Of a stretch of DNA of 64,000 nt, positions 1-8,982 are shown one piece after another (the first letter of the stretch is position 1; each line of letters begins with the position of its first letter). The notes beneath the pieces are model-generated. The model was not told the origin of the DNA. It was given only the letters and a program-made list of their open reading frames with translations, and did not search any database. A program made the position numbers and the translations under genes. Source of the DNA: Acetobacteraceae bacterium (GTDB taxonomy: Bacteria; Pseudomonadota; Alphaproteobacteria; Acetobacterales; Acetobacteraceae); contig DATJNA010000207.1 in NCBI GenBank assembly GCA_035508435.1, forward strand, positions 11,837 through 75,836. The letters run 5' to 3'.

Positions 1-293
1 CGCCGAAAACCAGCGCGTGCTGCTGCATCGGGCACGCGGACGAATCCGTGCGGTGGTGGACAATCTGGTTGGCGCCCGGCCGGCGGCTGTCGCGCGAACC
101 GGATCTGGCCGGCGCGGCCGGTCGGCCGCCGATCAGGCAACTCGGTTCGTGGTTGTGGCTGGCCGCGTTCTCGCGTGGCAGCCGGCGTTGTGGCTCGCTC
201 GCTGCATCGGCCGCCCAAACCCCGGTGCCGCATGACTGCAGCCATGCTAATATGACGCTGACCCGACAAGTGGTCGAAGCAAGGGGAACGGAC

Positions 294-497
294 ATGGCAG
301 CCAGGAAAGGCAAAGAGGCGTCGCCGGCAGTCGATAAGTCAACGACCACCAACGGCGCAGCGGAGCGAACGGTTGCGGCGGCGTCGGTACCGGCAACGCC
401 GGAGGCGGCGGATAATCAGCGCCTGCTGCGCGAGGCGGCCTGGAGCCGCATGTTCGGCCGGACAGAAGCGAAGAACCCGTTCACCCGCACGCGATAG
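294..497 (+). CDS. hypothetical small protein (67 aa)
   Basis: ATG at 294 follows an AAGGGGA Shine-Dalgarno-like motif. The product (MAARKGKEASPAVDK...) is Ala/Thr-rich and matches no family I recognise. Coding status is uncertain. Confidence 0.3.
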   Translation: MAARKGKEASPAVDKSTTTNGAAERTVAAASVPATPEAADNQRLLREAAWSRMFGRTEAKNPFTRTR

Positions 498-673
498 CAA
501 GCTGGCACCCGATCTGACCCGTCGGGCGTCAGGGCCGCGGGCCTTGGTCGTCCGGTGACAGTGCTTCGCCGCCGCGGGCAGACAGCCGGGCGGTTCGACG
601 TCATCCCCGGCGAGGGCCCGGACCCATTGCGCCTGCCCTGCTATCCATCCCCATAATAAGGAGAGCGCCGGCG

Positions 674-1459
674 ATGGCCGATCTGATCGAGACCGCGGAG
701 GACGGCGTCGCGGTCCTGACCCTCAACCGACCCGAGCGTCTCAACGCTTTCTCCCCCGACCTGCTGGCCGGCTTGCGCGATGCCCTGCCGCGGCTGGCCG
801 CCGACGCATCGGTCGGTGCCATTGTACTGACGGGCAGCGGCCGCGGCTTCTGCGCTGGTGGCGACGTGAAGACCATGGCGGCGCGCGAGGCCGGACGGAC
901 TTTCGAGCAACGCCTGGAAGGCTACCGCTCGATGCATCAGATTCCGTTGCTGATGCGCACCCTACCAAAGGTCATCATCGGCATGGTGAACGGCCCGGCG
1001 GTCGGCGCCGGCCTGGGCCTCGCATTGGCCTGCGACCTGCGGATCGCGGGCCGCTCGGCGCGCTTCGCCACCGGCTTCGCCAACATGGGCTATTCCGGCG
1101 ATTTCGGCGGTTCCTGGCTGCTGACCCGACTGGTCGGCACCAGCAAGGCGAGGGAACTGTATTTCCTCAACGACATGCTGGACGGGGAGCAAGCAGCGGC
1201 GCTCGGGATCGCCAATCGTGTGGTGGACGACGCGGCGCTGCGCGAGGAAACCATGGCCCTGGCGCGCCGCATCGCCTCCGGGCCGCGCGTGGCATTGGGT
1301 TACATGAAGCGGAACCTGCACGCGGCGGAGACGGAGCCCTTCGCAACGGTGCTGGAGATGGAGGGCATCCACCAGGCCCGCGCCGGCCAGACCGAGGACC
1401 ACCGCGAGGCGGTTGCCGCGTTCGCCGAGAAGCGGAAGCCACGGTTTCAGGGCAGATAG
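674..1459 (+). CDS. enoyl-CoA hydratase/isomerase family protein
   Basis: 261-aa ORF with crotonase-fold motifs LTLNRPERLNAF, GSGRGFCAGGDVK and [21 protein letters not shown]. The C-terminal EKRKPRFQG is typical of the family. Confidence 0.9.
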   Translation: MADLIETAEDGVAVLTLNRPERLNAFSPDLLAGLRDALPRLAADASVGAIVLTGSGRGFCAGGDVKTMAAREAGRTFEQRLEGYRSMHQIPLLMRTLPKVIIGMVNGPAVGAGLGLALACDLRIAGRSARFATGFANMGYSGDFGGSWLLTRLVGTSKARELYFLNDMLDGEQAAALGIANRVVDDAALREETMALARRIASGPRVALGYMKRNLHAAETEPFATVLEMEGIHQARAGQTEDHREAVAAFAEKRKPRFQGR

Positions 1460-1637
1460 CAGCCGGACGGACCAGTTTGCGGACCGGAGTCCTCGCCGCC
1501 CGGCGAAGCCGTGGATGGCGAACCCGGGCCTGGTGTGACGCAGGACGTAACCGTGACGCCACCGCGCGCGGGCCGAGCTTGACCAGACCGGCGGCCATGG
1601 CAGCCTCGGCGCCAGGCAACGCCGAACGGAGACCGAC

Positions 1638-2489
1638 ATGGATCATCGCACAGCCATCGTGACGGGCGGACTGCGAGGCCTCGGCCGCGCCATGAGCCTT
1701 GGCCTTGCCCGCACCGGCGTCCGCGTGCTGGCGGTGGGGCATATCGAGACCGATGTGCCGGAGATGCAGACACTCGCCGCCAGCAACGGCGTTGGCGAAA
1801 CAGTCGCCTGCCTGGTCGCCGACATCCGCAAGCCGGCGGAGTGCGACCGGGTTGTCACCGCCTGCACCGACCGCTTCGGCGGCCCTGACATCCTGGTGAA
1901 CAACGCCGGCCTCACCTTCACCACCATCGCGCCCGACCGCTTCCGCCGCGCCACGCCGCAGAAATTCTGGGAGGTTTCGGACGCAGTCATCCAGGCGGTG
2001 ATGGACACCAACTACGTGGCCGCGGACCAGATGGCGCGGCGTGTGGCACCCGGCATGGTGGCACGCGAATGGGGGCGGATCGTCAACGTCACCACCAAGC
2101 TCAGCACCATGAACATGCATGGGGCGATGCCGTATGGCGCCTCCAAGGCGGCTTTGGAGATGGCGACGGAGGTTTGGGCGAAGGAACTGGCCGGCACCGC
2201 CGTCACGGTGAACATCGTCAACCCCGGCGCGGGGGCGAATACGCTCGGCATGGCGCAGGAGATGCGGGACCGCAGCGCCGCCGGCCTGGTTCCCCGCCTG
2301 GTGGAGCCGGAGGCGATGGTCCCCCCGCTCTTGTTCGTGGTTTCGCGCGCCGCGGACCGGATAAATGGCTACCGGTTCGATGCCAATACGTGGGATACAG
2401 CACTGTCGCCCGCCGAGGCGGCCCGCCAGGGGGGACGCCCGGCGGGATTCGAGTTGCATGCGCAGGATCGTGAGAGCTGGCCAGCCTAG
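1638..2489 (+). CDS. SDR family oxidoreductase
   Basis: 283-aa ORF with the Rossmann motif AIVTGGLRGLGRA, LVNNAGL, and the catalytic YGASKAAL (YxxxK). Confidence 0.9.
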   Translation: MDHRTAIVTGGLRGLGRAMSLGLARTGVRVLAVGHIETDVPEMQTLAASNGVGETVACLVADIRKPAECDRVVTACTDRFGGPDILVNNAGLTFTTIAPDRFRRATPQKFWEVSDAVIQAVMDTNYVAADQMARRVAPGMVAREWGRIVNVTTKLSTMNMHGAMPYGASKAALEMATEVWAKELAGTAVTVNIVNPGAGANTLGMAQEMRDRSAAGLVPRLVEPEAMVPPLLFVVSRAADRINGYRFDANTWDTALSPAEAARQGGRPAGFELHAQDRESWPA

Positions 2490-2559
2490 GGCGCCGCGCC
2501 TTGTGAAGCCGCTGGCCGTTCCTGCTCCGATAGCATGACGGAAGGGTCAGGAGTGGCCG

Positions 2560-2772
2560 ATGATCAGGGCGGTGCGCGTGCGTCGGGACGGGTCCATCGA
2601 TCTACCGACGCTGCTGTTTTTTGCGGTACCGATCCTCTTCGCCTATGCGGCTTGGCTGACCTCCGTGGTGTTCTGCGCCAACAACGGCCCGCGGCCGCTC
2701 CTGATCGCCGATGCGGCGTTCTTCCCGGTCGGCGTGGTCCACGGCATCGGGCTATGGTTCGGCGGCTGGTAG
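2560..2772 (+). CDS. hypothetical small membrane protein (70 aa)
   Basis: Two hydrophobic helices (LLFFAVPILFAYAAWLTSVVF and AAFFPVGVVHGIGLWFGGW). No family recognised. Confidence 0.4.
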   Translation: MIRAVRVRRDGSIDLPTLLFFAVPILFAYAAWLTSVVFCANNGPRPLLIADAAFFPVGVVHGIGLWFGGW

Positions 2773-2780
2773 CGGCGAGG

Positions 2781-3452
2781 CTACGACGCCAGCGCCTCGC
2801 CGACGGCCTGTCGTAGCGCGGGCAGAACTTCTGCCCCGAACCAAGGGTTCTTTCGCTCCCACCCGGTGGTCCGCCAGGACGGATGCGGCAGCGGGAAATA
2901 TCGCGGCAGATGGTCACGAAACCCTCGCACCCGGTCGGTCATTGCGCCAGGTCCGAGCGCGTGGGTCAGCGCGTAGCCACCCACGAGCACTGTGAGCCGG
3001 ATCGCGGGCATCGCCGCCGCCAGGCGCTCCCGCCATAGCGGGGCACATTCCGGACGCGGCGGCGCATCGCCGCCATTGGGCAGCCGGCCCGGATAGCACA
3101 GCCCCATGGGCACGATGGCGATGCGGGATTCGTCATAGAAGGCGTCACGCTCCATCTGCAGCCAGAGCCGCAGCCGCTCGCCGGAGGGGTCGTTCCAGGG
3201 GATTCCGGTCGCGTGCACTTTCGTGCCCGGTGCCTGTCCCACGATCAGCAGCCGCGCGGTGATGGAGGCGCGAAACACCGGCCGCGGCCCCAGCGGCAGG
3301 AAATCGGCACAGAGCCGACAGGCGCGGGCCGCGGCGACGATGCCAGCCAGGGTCGCGTCGCCGCCGGGCGACGTTTCGGTCCGTCGGGCGACGGTGACTC
3401 GTCCGCCGGAAGCAGGCGGGCCCGCACTCACCCTGAGTTGGTGTTGGCGCAT
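2781..3452 (-). CDS. uracil-DNA glycosylase superfamily protein
   Basis: The track ORF is 2781..3569; I trim it to the internal ATG at 3452. LIVGQAPG and the C-terminal FPLPHPSWR resemble UDG superfamily motifs A and B (family 4/5-like). The start is uncertain. Confidence 0.75.
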   Translation of the reverse strand: MRQHQLRVSAGPPASGGRVTVARRTETSPGGDATLAGIVAAARACRLCADFLPLGPRPVFRASITARLLIVGQAPGTKVHATGIPWNDPSGERLRLWLQMERDAFYDESRIAIVPMGLCYPGRLPNGGDAPPRPECAPLWRERLAAAMPAIRLTVLVGGYALTHALGPGAMTDRVRGFRDHLPRYFPLPHPSWRTTGWERKNPWFGAEVLPALRQAVGEALAS

Positions 3453-3549
3453 GGCGCGGACCACTGCCACCCGCGTCGACCTGCGGCAAGGCCGAGGCTG
3501 CGCTGGGCCTTTGACCGCCTCGCCAACCGGCTTTGGCGGCAGCGGGCCA

Positions 3550-3640
3550 CCGACCGGGTGCAGGAACACATGCGGACGCGGTACTACCGACCGGGCGCAG
3601 GAACACGAGCGGACGCGGTACTACCGACCGGGCGCAGGAA
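3550..3640. repeat. 37-bp tandem repeat, about 2.5 copies
   Basis: Read directly: ccgaccgggtgcaggaacacatgcggacgcggtacta / ccgaccgggcgcaggaacacgagcggacgcggtacta / ccgaccgggcgcaggaa. It is intergenic, between the divergent UDG-like and GFA genes. Confidence 0.85.
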
Positions 3641-3796
3641 TGCCGACCGGACGCACGACCGGAGACACACTCGGCCGTCCGGAGGCTCACGCAGCCATCC
3701 TGTTTCGTGCCCGGAAGTGGCTCGACATCCATGTTTGCGGTGCGGCGATGGGCGCAGGTAAGGATTGTGCACCGACGAGGTCCGACGAGGTGGCCC

Positions 3797-4204
3797 ATGA
3801 CGTCTCGAACAGCCGCTTGCTCCTGCGGGCAGTTGACCATTGAAGTTCATGGCGAGCCGCTGGCAGTTGGCATCTGCCATTGTCTCGCCTGTCAGCGTCG
3901 GACCGGCAGCGTCTTCGCGGCGCTGGCAAGGTTCGCTGCCCCGTACAAGGTTTCCGGCGGCGCGACCGAGTATGTACGCGTCGGCGACCAGGGCGCCCGG
4001 TTCAGGTTCCGCTTCTGCCCCGTCTGCGGCACCACCGTTTTCCACAGCGAGGAAGCAGACGCACACGGTTTCATCAGTGTCGCCGTGGGCGCCTTTGCCG
4101 ACCCCGACTTTCCGCCACCCCGGATTTCCATCTACGAGTGTCGCAGGCATCCCTGGGTGCAATTACCGCCAGGGACCATCTCACATGACAAGGATCCAGG
4201 TTAG
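3797..4204 (+). CDS. GFA family protein (glutathione-dependent formaldehyde-activating / CENP-V-like Zn-binding fold)
   Basis: Cys pattern CSCGQL...CHCLACQRRTG...FCPVCGT is typical of GFA. The start is placed at ATG 3797 within track ORF 3533..4204, because the upstream part lies in the tandem repeat. Confidence 0.8.
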   Translation: MTSRTAACSCGQLTIEVHGEPLAVGICHCLACQRRTGSVFAALARFAAPYKVSGGATEYVRVGDQGARFRFRFCPVCGTTVFHSEEADAHGFISVAVGAFADPDFPPPRISIYECRRHPWVQLPPGTISHDKDPG

Positions 4205-4223
4205 GCGTTCCTGGAGCGCGAAA

Positions 4224-4257
4224 GCGGGCACCCGATCCACGCGGGCACCCGATCCAC
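4224..4257. repeat. 17-bp perfect tandem duplication
   Basis: gcgggcacccgatccac occurs twice back to back, between the convergent GFA and cysNC 3' ends. Confidence 0.85.
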
Positions 4258-4276
4258 CGGTGACCGCCCGGCGCCG

Positions 4277-6118
4277 CTACCCGATGATGCCCTGGCGCTG
4301 CAGCTCCTGGACGACGTGTTCCGCCAGCGCCTCGGGCGACATTTCCAGCGTGCGCAGACGTATCTCGGGATCCAGCGGCTCCTCGTACGGCGCGTCCACT
4401 CCGGTAAAGTTGCGGATCTGCCCCGCATCGGCGCGGCGGTACAGTCCCTTGGGATCGCGGCGGCGGCACTCCTCGACCGGCGTATCGACAAAGATTTCCA
4501 GAAACTCCCCTTGCTCCACCGCCTCGCGCGCCAGCATGCGTTCGGCGCGGTAGGGCGAGATGAACGAGACCAGCACGATCAGCCCGGCCTCGATGAACAG
4601 TTTTGCCACTTCGGCGACGCGGCGGATGTTCTCCACGCGGTCGGCCTCGGCGAATCCGAGGTCGCGATTGAGCCCGTGGCGCACGTTGTCGCCATCCAGC
4701 ACCATCGTGTGGCGGCCGGAGGCATGCAGCCGCTTCTCCACCAAATTCGCGATGGTGGATTTGCCGGCGCCCGACAGCCCCGTGAACCACAGCACCGCCG
4801 GCTTCTGGCCGTTGAGTGACGCCCGGGCGCCTTTGTCCACATCGAGTTGGTGCCAGTAGACATTCTCCCGCGCGCCACGCAGCGCGGTGATCATGCCGCA
4901 GCCGGCGGTGTTGCGGGTCAGCCGGTCGATCAGGATGAAGCCGCCGAGTTCGCGGCTGTCGTTGTACGCCTCGCACGCCACGGGCTGCGACAGGGACAGC
5001 GACACGCGGCCGATCTCGTTCATATGCAGCTCGCGCACCGGCACTTCTTCCAGCGTGTCGATATCGAGCCGGGCAGTGATGTCTGTGATGGTGCCGATCA
5101 CGCTCTGGGTGCCGAGCATCACCTGATAGGCACGGCCGCGGAACAAGGCGGTATCGTCCATCCAGACCACGCGGGCTTCGAGGCGCTCGGCGAGCTGCGG
5201 CAGCGGGGCGGCGGCGAACACGTCGCCGCGGGAGGCGTCAATCTCGCGGTCGAGCACCAGCGTCACAGGCTGGCCCGCGCGTGCCACATCGAGGTCGCCG
5301 TCCATGGTGACGATGCGCGCGATCCTTGCCTCCACGTGGGAGGTCGCGTTCACCACCACATCGCCGGGTCGCAGCGCCCCGGCGGCCACGGCGCCCGCAT
5401 AGCCACGGAACGTGTGGTCCGGGCGATTCACGAGCTGCACGGGCATGCGGAACGGCCGTGCCAGCCCGTCATGCCCCGGCTCGGCGGTTTCCAGCGCGGC
5501 CAGCAGCGTGGTGCCCTGGTACCAGGGCATGCGTGTGCTGGCACGCGTCACGTTGTCGCCATCGCGGGCGCAGACTGGAATCGCGGTCACCGCCAGCGCG
5601 CGCAGATGGCCGAGCACGGCGTGGAAATCGGCCACGATATGTTCGAACACGGCCTGGTCGAAGCCAGCCAGGTCCATCTTGTTCACCGCCAGGATCACGT
5701 CGCGGATGCCCAGCAGGGAGGCGATCGCGGCGTGGCGGCGGGTCTGGTCCAGCACGCCCTTGCGCGCATCGATCAGCACGATCGCCAGGTCGGAATTCGA
5801 GGCGCCGGTGACCATGTTGCGCGTGTACTGCTGATGGCCCGGCGCGTCGGCCAGGATGAAGCGCCGGCGCGGGGTTTCGAAATAGCGGTAGGCGACGTCG
5901 ATGGTGATGCCCTGGTCGCGCTCGGCGGCCAGGCCATCGACCAGCAGCGCGTAATCCACGCCGCCCTCCACCGTGCCGAAGCGGCGCGAATCGCGTTCCA
6001 GCGTCGCCATCACGTCGTCGGGGATGGTGCCGCATTCATACAGCAGCCGGCCGATCAGCGTGGACTTGCCGTCGTCCACGCTGCCGCAGGCCAGCACGCG
6101 CAAGAGAGAATCGGGCAT
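4277..6118 (-). CDS. cysNC: bifunctional sulfate adenylyltransferase subunit 1 / adenylylsulfate kinase (CysN-CysC fusion, NodQ-like)
   Basis: 613 aa. GTPase motifs [14 protein letters not shown] and NKMD sit in the N-terminal part, and the APS-kinase P-loop GLSGAGKST in the C-terminal part. Confidence 0.92.
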   Translation of the reverse strand: MPDSLLRVLACGSVDDGKSTLIGRLLYECGTIPDDVMATLERDSRRFGTVEGGVDYALLVDGLAAERDQGITIDVAYRYFETPRRRFILADAPGHQQYTRNMVTGASNSDLAIVLIDARKGVLDQTRRHAAIASLLGIRDVILAVNKMDLAGFDQAVFEHIVADFHAVLGHLRALAVTAIPVCARDGDNVTRASTRMPWYQGTTLLAALETAEPGHDGLARPFRMPVQLVNRPDHTFRGYAGAVAAGALRPGDVVVNATSHVEARIARIVTMDGDLDVARAGQPVTLVLDREIDASRGDVFAAAPLPQLAERLEARVVWMDDTALFRGRAYQVMLGTQSVIGTITDITARLDIDTLEEVPVRELHMNEIGRVSLSLSQPVACEAYNDSRELGGFILIDRLTRNTAGCGMITALRGARENVYWHQLDVDKGARASLNGQKPAVLWFTGLSGAGKSTIANLVEKRLHASGRHTMVLDGDNVRHGLNRDLGFAEADRVENIRRVAEVAKLFIEAGLIVLVSFISPYRAERMLAREAVEQGEFLEIFVDTPVEECRRRDPKGLYRRADAGQIRNFTGVDAPYEEPLDPEIRLRTLEMSPEALAEHVVQELQRQGIIG

Positions 6119-7020
6119 CAGAAATATCCCTCGCGCTTCTTCGCTTCCATCGAGGCGTCCTGATCCTGGTCGATCAGCCGTCCCGCGCGTTCTGATACGC
6201 GCGTCGTGCGCATTTCCTCGACGATGTCTTCGAGCGTGGCGGCGGGAGATTCGATCGCGGCGGAGAGCGGGTAGCAGCCCAGCGAACGGAACCGCACCAG
6301 CCGTTGCACCGGCGTTTCGCCGGCGTCGAACCGCATGCGGTCGTCATCCACCACGATCAGCGCGCCGTCGCGGATCACGGTGGGGCGCTGGGCGGCGAAA
6401 TACAGCGGTACCACGTCGATGCGTTCGGTCAGGATGTAGCTCCACACGTCGAGCTCGGTCCAGTTGGACAGCGGGAACACGCGCAACGTCTCGCCGGGCG
6501 CTAAATTGCCGTTATAAAGATGCCAAAGTTCCGGCCGCTGCCGCTTTGGCTCCCAGGTGTGGCCCGGACCACGCACCGAGAAGACACGTTCCTTGGCGCG
6601 GGAGCGTTCCTCATCACGCCGCGCGCCGCCGATGGCGAGGTCGTATCGCCCATCCGTCAGCGCCTGCTTCAGCGCATCGGTCTTCATGATCTGAGTATAA
6701 CTGCTGCCATGGTCGAATGGGTTAACGCCCTGGCGCAGCCCGTCCGGGTTGGTGTGCACAATCAGCTCCAGCCCGAACTTCCGCACCGTCGCATCGCGGT
6801 GGCGGATCATGGCGCGGAACTTCCACGTGGTATCGATGTGCAGCAGCGGGAATGGCGGCCGGGCGGGGAAGAACGCCTTGCGCGCCAGGTGCAGCAGGAC
6901 CGAGGAGTCCTTGCCGATGGAATACAACAGCACCGGGCGCGTGGCCTGTGCCGCCACTTCGCGCAGGATGTGGATGCCTTCGGCCTCGAGTGCCTTCAGG
7001 TGCGCGGGCAGCGCTGTCAT
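6118..7020 (-). CDS. cysD: sulfate adenylyltransferase subunit 2 (CysD/NodP-like)
   Basis: 300 aa of the PAPS-reductase-like ATP sulfurylase small-subunit family ([18 protein letters not shown]). Its stop overlaps the cysNC start (ATGA at 6116-6120), which suggests translational coupling. Confidence 0.92.
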   Translation of the reverse strand: MTALPAHLKALEAEGIHILREVAAQATRPVLLYSIGKDSSVLLHLARKAFFPARPPFPLLHIDTTWKFRAMIRHRDATVRKFGLELIVHTNPDGLRQGVNPFDHGSSYTQIMKTDALKQALTDGRYDLAIGGARRDEERSRAKERVFSVRGPGHTWEPKRQRPELWHLYNGNLAPGETLRVFPLSNWTELDVWSYILTERIDVVPLYFAAQRPTVIRDGALIVVDDDRMRFDAGETPVQRLVRFRSLGCYPLSAAIESPAATLEDIVEEMRTTRVSERAGRLIDQDQDASMEAKKREGYF

Positions 7021-7203
7021 CGCGGAACGGTCCTGTAATGGATCACTCTACCAGCCATCATTGTTTGTGGCCGATTGCAAGCAAAACCCTGCGTGCACCT
7101 TGATCGTGGCGTTCATGGCGGCGGGCAGCGAGGGCGCACTATCAAGGTTAAGAGGATGCGAAACCGGAATCTACGCCATCCGGTATCGCCGGCCGTCCCG
7201 CCG

Positions 7204-8202
7204 CTACCCCTCGAGCTCGGGGCAGAGCGGCGCCAGGGATGTCTCCCGCACCACCGCCTGGATCCGGCGCTGATCCTCAGGTTTCAGCTCCTCGCGCCAG
7301 CGGTTCATCGCCGCCTGGGTGTTCTTGAACACCTGATAATAGCGGTCGCGCCCGCTGAACGTCGTGCTGCGGCGCAGGAAGTCTTCGGTCTGCCGATCCC
7401 ATTCCAGCCCGACCGAATCGAACAGGGCTCGAGCCTCGGGCAGCGGTGCCGCGCACAGCGCCTGGTAGCGCAAAACCGTCACCCCCGGGATACCGGCCAG
7501 GTCGTCGATCGCCTTCTCATTCAGGATCGCCCAGTTCCAGGCATATTGTTCGACCATCGGCAGCGCCTCGAACCGAGCGGCGGTCAGGCCGTAGCGTCGC
7601 GCTTGCTCCGTCATCAGCAATTCCTGCACCGGCACCGGCCCCTCGAACTTGCCCAGCGCCGCGCCCCGCAGCATGGAGGCCACCTGACCCCAGGGATCGC
7701 GCAGGATGAAGATGGTCCGCATCCCAGGCATTGCCTCGGCGAACAGTCGGGCGCGGCCACGGGAGCTGACCGATTTCAGCACCAGCCGCAGGTGCGGATG
7801 GGCCGCGATCCGGAACAAGTCCGGAATCCCTGCCCCGCGCAGAATCCGCCGCGTGCCCGGCACCTGCTCCATGGCGCGCAGGCCATAGATGATGCTGTTG
7901 CGCAGCACCGCGCCGCCGGTTCCGAGATACCGCTTGGGGAAGATCGGCAGCGAGCCGGCGGTCTTCAGCGTCGCCGTGTCAAACAGCCGGCGGAGATAGG
8001 CCTGGGCCGCGTCGCGGTAGGCCGGGACTTGCTCCGGCGGGCACATCCAGGGCAGGTCGAAATCGCGCAGCACGGTATCCGGCTCGTGCCGGTAGAGCAC
8101 GTCGGGGTGGCTGTCGAAGATCTTGGCCAGCCACGAGGTGCCGGAGCGGGGCGCTCCGAGGATCAGGATCACCCTGTCGGCGGCAATGTCGGAGGGTCTC
8201 AT
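7204..8202 (-). CDS. sulfotransferase family protein
   Basis: PAPS 5'-phosphosulfate-binding loop ILGAPRSGTSW (compare PKSGTTW) and a later ILRDPWGQVASM segment. It lies directly upstream of cysD in the same orientation. The start is trimmed to ATG 8202 (track ORF reaches 8343). Confidence 0.75.
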   Translation of the reverse strand: MRPSDIAADRVILILGAPRSGTSWLAKIFDSHPDVLYRHEPDTVLRDFDLPWMCPPEQVPAYRDAAQAYLRRLFDTATLKTAGSLPIFPKRYLGTGGAVLRNSIIYGLRAMEQVPGTRRILRGAGIPDLFRIAAHPHLRLVLKSVSSRGRARLFAEAMPGMRTIFILRDPWGQVASMLRGAALGKFEGPVPVQELLMTEQARRYGLTAARFEALPMVEQYAWNWAILNEKAIDDLAGIPGVTVLRYQALCAAPLPEARALFDSVGLEWDRQTEDFLRRSTTFSGRDRYYQVFKNTQAAMNRWREELKPEDQRRIQAVVRETSLAPLCPELEG

Positions 8203-8462
8203 CAACGTACCGGTCGCCGCAGCCCTGCGCTTGGCCGCGCGGATGATACCGGCTCCGCAGCGCCGGGGGCCAGCCAAAACGCCGCGGTCAAAGGCCCGGA
8301 AGGCCACCGGTGAGGGTGGAACGCGGTGCCGCAGCGGACACAATTACGGCATCGGTCCGCCGCGCGCCGCCGATCGTCACCTTCATCCGTCAGGGCGGCG
8401 CGCGGTCCTGACCGCCACCCGGCGAGGCGCGCGCTCGATCCTGACCGCCACGCGGCGACCGG

Positions 8463-8738
8463 TCAGGCCGCCAGCGGCCTCACGCGCGCGGCAATGTCCG
8501 CACCATGCTCCGCTTCGGCCACCGCCAGATCATAGGCTGTCTGCAGTCCGAGCCAGAACTGCGGGCTGGTGCGGAAGCAGCGCGCCAGCCGTAGTGCGAG
8601 ATCGGAAGTCACCGGCTGCTGGTCGGCGATCAGCGGCGCAATCGTGCCCGGCGCCACATCCAGGGCATGCGCCAGCGCGGCGGCATCCAGCCGCAACGGC
8701 TCCATGTATTCCTCACGCAACACCCGCCCCGGGTGCAT
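8463..8738 (-). CDS. higA: HigA-family antitoxin-like XRE helix-turn-helix protein
   Basis: The 91-aa product MHPGRVLREEYMEPLRLDAAALAHALDVAPGTIAPLI...FWLGLQTAYDL matches the HigA/VapI antidote pattern. An AGGA motif lies 8 nt upstream of ATG 8738. Confidence 0.75.
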   Translation of the reverse strand: MHPGRVLREEYMEPLRLDAAALAHALDVAPGTIAPLIADQQPVTSDLALRLARCFRTSPQFWLGLQTAYDLAVAEAEHGADIAARVRPLAA

Positions 8739-8900
8739 CCGGCGTCCTGCGCCTGCCATGGCGGCACCTGTCCCTGACGATGCCGGAATTGCTACCAGCC
8801 GACCATGGCAACACGAAGGCATGACGGGCGACCGATGCCCAGGTTCGCGAGGACGGCGAGCCATGTTCGCGACGGGGGATTGCGTCGGTCTTATCGCGCC

Positions 8901-8956
8901 CCGACACCGTGGGCCGACACCGTGGGCCGACACCGTGGGCCGACGCCGTGGGCCGA
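8901..8956. repeat. 13-bp tandem repeat, 4 full copies plus a partial
   Basis: ccgacaccgtggg x3, then ccgacgccgtggg, then ccga. The unit length is not a multiple of 3. It lies 27 nt upstream of the proposed GT25 start and 163 nt upstream of higA. Confidence 0.9.
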
Positions 8957-8982
8957 GTCGACACTGGTCGGTGCGCGGGCGT

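Noticed and set aside
1-28. Possible minus-strand gene start (MQQHALVFG...) running off the 5' edge of the window
   Set aside because: Only 9 codons lie inside the window, so it cannot be supported.
1167-2459. 430-aa ORF antisense to the SDR and the end of the first hydratase
   Set aside because: A shadow ORF crossing two well-supported sense genes, with Arg/Pro/Ala-rich composition.
8901-8956. CRISPR array interpretation of the tandem repeats (also 3550, 31764 and 34911)
   Set aside because: The units are contiguous with no spacers, are 13-37 bp long, number at most 4 copies, and no cas genes are present.
8569-8982. Upstream 138 codons of the GT25 track ORF
   Set aside because: It runs antisense through higA and across the 13-bp repeat array, which is not a multiple of 3 in unit length. 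The composition is not protein-like.
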